Shown here: positions 58,089-64,000 of the stretch, in pieces
How positions within the stretch are numbered: the first letter of the stretch is position 1
Layout: every line of letters starts with the position of its first letter
Assembly: GCA_964019425.1 (NCBI GenBank)
Contig: OZ025781.1
Location: 868,001-932,000, forward strand
Source: Flectonema sp. DT1601
Taxonomy: Eukaryota
DNA length: 64,000 nucleotides
Reading direction: 5' to 3'
Translations under genes and position numbers: made by a program
The notes under the pieces: model-generated
Told to the model about the DNA's origin: nothing
Seen by the model: only the letters and a program-made list of their open reading frames with translations
Databases searched by the model: none

Positions 58089-58316
58089 TGTTGTTATTTT
58101 TGCTTGTTTTTTTTAGTAATCTACTGAAAGAAAAAAAGATTTATTAATCTTGCTGAAGTGTTCCAAACGGCGGCAACAATCGTAACGTAATAAGGAAAAA
58201 CTGAAAAGCAGCTTCCATTCCTGAACAGTATTTGTGTGTCTGATACTTTGATTTATTAAAAGAAAGCATTTGAAGACAATATGATGGCGATTCGTCCTTG
58301 TAGGTTTAACTACAAG

Positions 58317-58671
58317 TCACTGTAATCGATTGGCGCTATCATTTTGAGGAAGCTCAACAGATTTAATTCCACCGTTGCTGAGGCAAAAGTCTCCAACAGT
58401 AGTAACAATAATAGAGTCATCACTCAGACCTGAAAGATTAATAGAAGTGATTTGTAAACAGGAAGACAAGAACCCCCTTCCAATTTTGGTGACATTTCTA
58501 AATCCCGAAAGATCAAGATCACCTAATTCTGAACAGGAATACAAGAAATAATCACCAATAATGGTAACACTTTTAAGACCTGTAAGGTCAAGAGCAGTGA
58601 TTTGTGAACAGGAAGTCAAGAAATTATTTCCAATAGTAGTAACACTACTAAAACCTGAAAGGTTAAGAGAA
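58317..58671 (-). pseudogene. 3' part of a second LRR gene interrupted by the retrotransposon
   Basis: Reads SLNLSGFSSVTTIGNNFLTSCSQITALDLTGL... with no start codon and abuts the (CTAA)6 tail. Confidence 0.85.
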
Positions 58672-58915
58672 GTTAGTTAGTTAGTTAGTTAGTTAGCAAG
58701 TCCATCAGACCACCGAGTATCGGTTAGGTAGACACTCAAAGAGTACCGGGTGGCTCTTCTGAGGGTCCCCAATACTGCGGCAGTAGGAAGAACCTAATCC
58801 CGGGGGATTATTTTGTTAGTATCAGCACAGGGCATACTAGATCAGGAGACCTAGAAACACTTTGCTTCCACCTTGTCCGGTATACTAGCAGGAAACCACG
58901 CAATTAAGTAAACAA

Positions 58916-58975
<60 letters not shown>

Positions 58976-59101
58976 AGTTCTAATCTGAAACACTAAATAA
59001 ACTTGATATTATGATGAAAAAATAAAACAAAATAAAATAATATAAGATAACATAAAATAAAATAGATGAATTTAATAACTCAGTAAACACAGTTGATGAT
59101 T

Positions 59102-62100
59102 TCAGGGATTAATTTTGAATAGTATATCTATGTAACTCCGAGTCGGAGGACCTCGCACCTTGTAGTCGAACCACTTCCGTTCTATCCGCTCATAGTTGGC
59201 GTAGTGGATCTTATTGAGCAGATCAGTAAATTGAGTCTTTTCTATACCATTATAGCAGAAAAGCTCAACTGTCCACAGAAAATTGTGTATTTCCTCGATC
59301 ACCGTGTGATTGTAGGCATTATCGATGGCTTGTAAGACTTCGAGCTTATCTCGAGAAGTGAGTTTCGGAAGGTTAGAGAATTTAACAAGATGCCTCAATA
59401 ACCACTGTCTCGGCAGGGCCGCACGCAGCGGAAAGCTCTGCAGGTAGCTCTCCAGGTCCTTCAGCATTGCAGCTAGTTTCGGCTGATTCTCTGTGGCAAA
59501 GAACGTATGGTGGTGTTGTCCGTCATTTGTCGGGTCATCGCATTGCGGGATGTCCGGGAAGAATTGCTGCACTATGATCCTCGCGCCATTACATCTCGAG
59601 AGAAGGTGATGTGCGTCTGTGTCGGTGTGATTACAGAATCGACAGTCAGTAAGACCCAAGGCAGGGAGCTTTACCAGTTCGTGATGACCCGTTCTCACTC
59701 GGGCTATAATAATCTCGTCACTTCTTAAAAGGTCCTGATGGAACTTCTGTACCCTACCAGACGATGTTGCCAAGTTGTGGACGTGTCGCGTATCTCGGGA
59801 GCGAAGCCATGCTTTTCTGACTTGGTTCACAATTGAACATTGAGCCATTCGGTAGTCAAAGGGAACCTCCGTGAGCGGTATCTCAGATGACGCAGCTTTG
59901 GAAGCCAGGCTATCAGCTAACTCATTTCCAATAACACCACAATGAGAAGGTACAAACTGCATCGTAAACGGGCGATTCAGGGTGGAAATCTGGCTGAGAA
60001 TCTCGTGGTTGGTGCGCGAATGCTGGCAGAGGTACCCCTTGGCCAAGCTACTCAGCGATGACTGGCTGTCGGATATGATGTGTATCCTGCCGTTCGGTAG
60101 TTGTGGCGAATTATCGCGGACGATATCCAGAGCCGAGATCAAAGCCCTCTGTTCTGCGTTGTAAATCATCAGAGAGGGGTTATAGCGCTGTAGCTTCGTG
60201 TAACATTTATTTCGGAAAACCAAGACCGCAGCATTCCCACAGTGGTAACACCCATCTTTGTCCTCAAAGTAAGAAGCATCTGTATAAACACGTGCAATCG
60301 CAGGTGGCAAGGATTCGATTGATGCAAGGGCATAATTTAGGTTGTGCTCTGTGTCTGGTGACTTACGAAAGTCCCTTGAAGGCAGAACCGTGACGTTTGG
60401 AGGAGGTTCCCAAGGAGCCTGATGGTGAGGCAGGTAGAATCTGGACTTGACACTGGGCGTCGGGAAGCATTTCGAGAAGTGGGTTGCTGAGGATTCCCAA
60501 CGTCCTTCCTCCCCCTCTCCATTGAAAAGACTCCAGGTCGGAGCATTCTCTGCGTATCGTTGGTAACGTTCGTAGATGAGAGCCATGGATTTAGCCAGGT
60601 GTTGTTTGAATGGTAGGATGTCGGATTCTACTGAAACAGCTTGGACCGAAGCTGATGAAGAGCAACCAGTTAGCTTAAGCATGAGCTTCCTGTGTATGGT
60701 TTCTACGCGTTTCCATGAGTCTCGGCGGAGATAGGGTGCATATGCTGCAAGTCCGTGGTAAGCTCTCGCTAGTACAAGGCCGTTAACAAGTTGCCTTAGC
60801 ACTTCAGTTTTAATTTCGAAAGATGAGATCATCTTCAAGAGACCAATTCCCCGTTTCATAGTGCTAGTCACCTTATTCAGCTGGGGTTCGAATGTCAGTC
60901 TATCGTCAATCAGCACACCCAGGTAGCGAGCATGTTCAACACGGCGAATAGGTATTGCTGTAAAAATGTCAAGCTTCTTCTTGCCAACCCTGCTGCGAAA
61001 ATCGGTTCGAGTTGATACGTCTCTCCCATTCACTGTCAAGGGAAAGACGGGACCACTTTCCAAATTTAACTGAGCGCCAGGACCTTCGTCTAATTTGTCC
61101 AACAAGAGCGACGGTTGGGAGAAGGATTCTAGTCTTTTCGTTGATGGTAGGTACAGCCTAGGGAATCTGCAGAGACCCTTGCCGGAGTCAAATCGAGTGC
61201 CGATCGCCAGGAATTCGGTCTTGGCCTGCGACAAACTCATGTTCGAGTCAGAGAGCCAGCTTTCTACCTGTCCAATCGCTTCATTGGCCTTGGTTTCAAG
61301 GTCTCCAATCTTATTGCTGCTCACAAATACTGAGAGGTCATCAGCGTAGAGCAGTTTAATGTCTGCTTTCGTGACAGACCGCGGGAGTGTGTCGACGTAC
61401 AGCCTGAAAAGGAGAGGTCCCAGAATACTACCCTGCGGTACCCCCTTATTACAACCAATATCCTTCGAGTATGTTTTTCCATAAAGAAGCCGCGCTGAAC
61501 GGTTCGAAAGGAAGTCCACTAACCATCGTACATATGGTTTGGGCAACAGCGGGATAAGTCTTTCTACTAATATACGATGGCTTACGTTGTCGAAAGCTCC
61601 GGAGATATCAAAGAAGAGTAATACGCCACATTTTTCGAAGTCTTGTCTGGTTTCCGACGCAGCGTTAGCCAAGATCGCAATATTTTCATCCGTAGTTCTG
61701 CCAGGAACAAAGCCTGACTGATTGGGGTCTAAGCTCCCCTCCAATAGGTGTTCCAATCGGCGAAGGATAAGAGCTTCAATGAATTTTGCAACAATAGAAG
61801 TCATTGAAATAGGGCGGTACGAAGAAGGTTCTGAGGGGTCTTTTCCATTGCCTTTGAGAAAAGGAATGACGTTTGCCTTTTTGAAACACTCGGGGAGGAT
61901 ACCTCGTCTTAGAGACCAGTTGGCTATACGAAGGAGTACCAAAATCATTTGCGGTCCCAGATGTAGAAGCATGTTATTCGAGATGGAGTCCGGTCCTGCA
62001 CTGTTTGTTCTCTTGAGGGAACTGAACACAGCCCGGGCTTCTTCCTGCGAGAAAGGACTACACTCCGGAGTTTCATAGTCACCAGGTTTTACCTTTGGAG

Positions 62101-63256
62101 CTTCTGGCCTAGTACTGTCAGAGCCGCTTGGGAAGAAACGGCTTATAAGCGACGTCATTGGAGCTCGTGGTGTTGGAAGTGCCGTCTTATCACCCCTGAG
62201 TTCCCGTATTTTTCTGTAGGTCCACGAGAAGCCCTTATCACAACCTTGGGAGGCTACTTGGCTGGGGGATAGAGGAGCTAGGATACGTTCCCTTCCCTTG
62301 TGTCGAGGCTTGCACCACTTGTTGGGTAGCTTGGCGATTGCTACTTTTTCTACCGTATGGACAAAGTTGTTTGAGAGTTTCTTCAAGGATTTTATCTTTA
62401 ATAGTCGTGTTGTGTGTGATTCCAATGTATCAGAAAAGGCTGTCCAGTGTGCATCTTGGAACTGATTGAGGAGCCATTTGCGGTGTGGTGGTGAGTTGCT
62501 AAAGTTTGAGAAAGTCGTGATATCGAAGTCCGCTAAGATAGGTGTATGATCCGACATTAGTGCGTCAGGGTCATATTGGCAAACGCTCAGACATTTATGC
62601 TGAGGAGAGTGTAAGACCAGATCGGGGGTTGTACCGTGTTTCGGAATCGTCGGTTTGAGCTGAACTAACTCCAATCCGTTGTCATTTATCCAGTCAAAGA
62701 CCGTTGAGCCTGCTGATTTTGTAGGGACTTTCTGTGACCAGGATTCATGATGGGCGTTAAAGTCACCAAAAGCCATGTCACCTAGATCGTATGATGATGG
62801 AAGGCGTGAAACACCGGGTGGAATATATATATTCTTAAAAGTTATGGAACCTATTGTTGAAGCGAGGCTGAATTCCAGCGCCTCAATGTCGGAGGATCCA
62901 GATGATACGTCGTTGTTGTGAGAGATCTTTAAACCATTTCTGAAATACGTCAGTAGGCCACCACCCCGGCTCTTGGAGACTGTCTTCCTGTCTCTCCTAA
63001 TGTACGAGTACCCATCCATATGTAAAAGATCACTGTTGTTCTCATTCAGCCAGGTCTCCTGCAGGTTTATTATATCAGGGTTTGTTGCGTTAACGATGGA
63101 CTCTAAGGCTGCTCTAGTGTTAGTAAGCGACCTTAGATTCCAGGATAAAATTCTCAGAGGACCCGGGTTTTGTTCTATCCCCGATCGGATTAAGAGCTGC
63201 CTCGCGGTGACCGTCAGATGGAAATCCCTGCTGGGATGTGGTTGGGGATGTCGTTG
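59102..63256 (-). CDS. Retrotransposon ORF2 (linker, 2A-like motif, APE, RT, RNase H, zinc knuckle); frame open 79 codons upstream of the first ATG at 63019
   Basis: APE ILSWN, LQETW, GDFNAH, SDH. RT GVPQGSILGP, YADD, YLGV. RNase H VYTDAS, NAEQ, ISDSQS, VPSHCGVIGNELAD. CRFC...HHLLSRC. Confidence 0.95.
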   Translation of the reverse strand, partial: QRHPQPHPSRDFHLTVTARQLLIRSGIEQNPGPLRILSWNLRSLTNTRAALESIVNATNPDIINLQETWLNENNSDLLHMDGYSYIRRDRKTVSKSRGGGLLTYFRNGLKISHNNDVSSGSSDIEALEFSLASTIGSITFKNIYIPPGVSRLPSSYDLGDMAFGDFNAHHESWSQKVPTKSAGSTVFDWINDNGLELVQLKPTIPKHGTTPDLVLHSPQHKCLSVCQYDPDALMSDHTPILADFDITTFSNFSNSPPHRKWLLNQFQDAHWTAFSDTLESHTTRLLKIKSLKKLSNNFVHTVEKVAIAKLPNKWCKPRHKGRERILAPLSPSQVASQGCDKGFSWTYRKIRELRGDKTALPTPRAPMTSLISRFFPSGSDSTRPEAPKVKPGDYETPECSPFSQEEARAVFSSLKRTNSAGPDSISNNMLLHLGPQMILVLLRIANWSLRRGILPECFKKANVIPFLKGNGKDPSEPSSYRPISMTSIVAKFIEALILRRLEHLLEGSLDPNQSGFVPGRTTDENIAILANAASETRQDFEKCGVLLFFDISGAFDNVSHRILVERLIPLLPKPYVRWLVDFLSNRSARLLYGKTYSKDIGCNKGVPQGSILGPLLFRLYVDTLPRSVTKADIKLLYADDLSVFVSSNKIGDLETKANEAIGQVESWLSDSNMSLSQAKTEFLAIGTRFDSGKGLCRFPRLYLPSTKRLESFSQPSLLLDKLDEGPGAQLNLESGPVFPLTVNGRDVSTRTDFRSRVGKKKLDIFTAIPIRRVEHARYLGVLIDDRLTFEPQLNKVTSTMKRGIGLLKMISSFEIKTEVLRQLVNGLVLARAYHGLAAYAPYLRRDSWKRVETIHRKLMLKLTGCSSSASVQAVSVESDILPFKQHLAKSMALIYERYQRYAENAPTWSLFNGEGEEGRWESSATHFSKCFPTPSVKSRFYLPHHQAPWEPPPNVTVLPSRDFRKSPDTEHNLNYALASIESLPPAIARVYTDASYFEDKDGCYHCGNAAVLVFRNKCYTKLQRYNPSLMIYNAEQRALISALDIVRDNSPQLPNGRIHIISDSQSSLSSLAKGYLCQHSRTNHEILSQISTLNRPFTMQFVPSHCGVIGNELADSLASKAASSEIPLTEVPFDYRMAQCSIVNQVRKAWLRSRDTRHVHNLATSSGRVQKFHQDLLRSDEIIIARVRTGHHELVKLPALGLTDCRFCNHTDTDAHHLLSRCNGARIIVQQFFPDIPQCDDPTNDGQHHHTFFATENQPKLAAMLKDLESYLQSFPLRAALPRQWLLRHLVKFSNLPKLTSRDKLEVLQAIDNAYNHTVIEEIHNFLWTVELFCYNGIEKTQFTDLLNKIHYANYERIERKWFDYKVRGPPTRSYIDILFKINP
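63158..63181 (-). other. 2A/StopGo-like motif (LLIRS)GIEQNPG|P
   Basis: Matches (D)[V/I]ExNPGP except for the Asp and sits immediately before APE strand LRILSWN. Confidence 0.75.
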
Positions 63257-63262
63257 CTATTG
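63251..63262 (-). promoter_or_regulatory. Candidate stop-codon readthrough signal CAA UAG CAA CGA
   Basis: One base from the TMV-type UAG-CARYYA context. The paralogous copy has UAG CAA CUA at 34062-34070. Confidence 0.7.
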
Positions 63263-64000
63263 CTTTGACATAGAACTCCGGTGAGGCGTCCTACCCCGTG
63301 ATCTGCTGGGGGTATTCGTTCTGTCCCCGTAGGGAGAGAAGGAGTCTTGTAGCTGCTTTGCCACCTCTGATTCCTGTCCCAGGACTGATTTAGACCTGAT
63401 TCTGTTCAGCATCGTCTTGTTGGATGCTTTCTTCGGAGGTGCCTTCGTGACTGGTGCTGTTGTGACTTCAGCAGTTGGAGGCTGTGCCGGCTTACCGTGC
63501 ACCGGAGGTTTCATGTTCTGAGGTGGCACTTCAGTTGTTTCCGCAAGAGGAGACCCTTCCGGCGATGAGGACTGTTGAAGAACAGTGTGTTCGATCGAGA
63601 GTTTCTGCTCGTGCATTTGGTTAAGCCGAGCTAACAACTCCGATATTCTTCGTGACAGGTTAGCCACTTCGTCGGTGAGTCGGGAGTTCTGTTCCTGCAT
63701 TTTAACTTGCTGTTTCAGAAGATCTTGGATGCGAGCGTCTCTGTCTTCTAATGACGCCTGTGTCCGTGCTGACTGGTCCTTCTGTTGTTGATCTTGACGA
63801 GCCATGAGATCCGAGGCCTGTTCTGTTAAGCCCGTCACTTTGTCGGTTAGGTGGCCGTTCTGGACCTGCATCTGTCGCTGTTGTTTGAGAAGTTCTCCGA
63901 TTCGAGTGTCCTTAGCGGAGTCGGATGGGGACGTAGTGTCAGTTGGGGTGCTGTTGTCCGGTGAAGGAGCAGAGTCATCTGGTGAGCTATCATCTATTGT
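63257..64000 (-). CDS. Retrotransposon ORF1, 5'-partial coiled-coil protein
   Basis: Frame is open from the window edge to TAG at 63259-63257. Duplicated heptad block KDTRIGELLKQQRQMQVQNGHLTDKV / RDARIQDLLKQQVKMQEQNSRLTDEV. Confidence 0.85.
   Translation of the reverse strand, partial: TIDDSSPDDSAPSPDNSTPTDTTSPSDSAKDTRIGELLKQQRQMQVQNGHLTDKVTGLTEQASDLMARQDQQQKDQSARTQASLEDRDARIQDLLKQQVKMQEQNSRLTDEVANLSRRISELLARLNQMHEQKLSIEHTVLQQSSSPEGSPLAETTEVPPQNMKPPVHGKPAQPPTAEVTTAPVTKAPPKKASNKTMLNRIRSKSVLGQESEVAKQLQDSFSPYGDRTNTPSRSRGRTPHRSSMSKQ

Larger units (their letters stand above)
58672..64000 (-). mobile_element. Apparently intact non-LTR retrotransposon, I-group/Ingi-like (ORF1, APE-RT-RNase H-CCHC); 5' end outside the window
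   Basis: Uninterrupted pol frame, ~430-nt 3' UTR containing a 57-nt U tract, terminal (CTAA)6 tail. Confidence 0.95.

Noticed and set aside
58672..58696. Telomeric repeat
   Set aside because: (GTTA)6 is not TTAGGG and sits at the LINE 3' junction, so it is best read as the element tail.
63257..63259. UAG reassigned to a sense codon in this organism
   Set aside because: Host genes here end normally at TAG (OGDH 9523-9525, DHHC 11640-11642, dynein light chain), and long ORFs contain no in-frame TAG.

Overview
Eukaryotic genomic DNA, most likely from a diplonemid (Euglenozoa). This is inferred from same-strand gene clusters, short GT-AG introns and a spliced-leader-like relic. A + strand cluster (1-27.5 kb) encodes an ankyrin protein, MYST acetyltransferase, PUF-repeat protein, 2-oxoglutarate dehydrogenase E1, DHHC palmitoyltransferase, USP, lactonase, cold-shock-domain protein and a ~2,890-aa 9-exon beta-rich membrane protein. 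It converges on a - strand cluster (34.7-64 kb) encoding a GH116-like glycosidase with PAN domains, a ShKT membrane protein, a short M1 peptidase, a CTD-type phosphatase, an SGNH-like protein, dynein light chain, kinesin-14, SWSAP1-like and rhamnose mutarotase proteins, and Ubl-LRR genes. The 28-35 kb interval is a debris zone with a frameshifted HNH nuclease, an AcnB fragment and a decayed LINE. The main result is an APE-RT-RNase H non-LTR retrotransposon family present in two divergent copies (apparently intact, - strand 58.7-64 kb; decayed, + strand 32.9-34.7 kb). In both, ORF1 ends in an in-frame UAG with a readthrough-type context (UAG CAA CGA / UAG CAA CUA), followed 25 codons later by a 2A/StopGo-like motif (GIEQNPG|P) placed directly before an endonuclease domain that has no AUG of its own. 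The decayed copy also carries a 25-nt spliced-leader-like sequence at its 5' end, and both copies abut Ubl-LRR genes. All exon models and alignments were made by eye; no searches were run.
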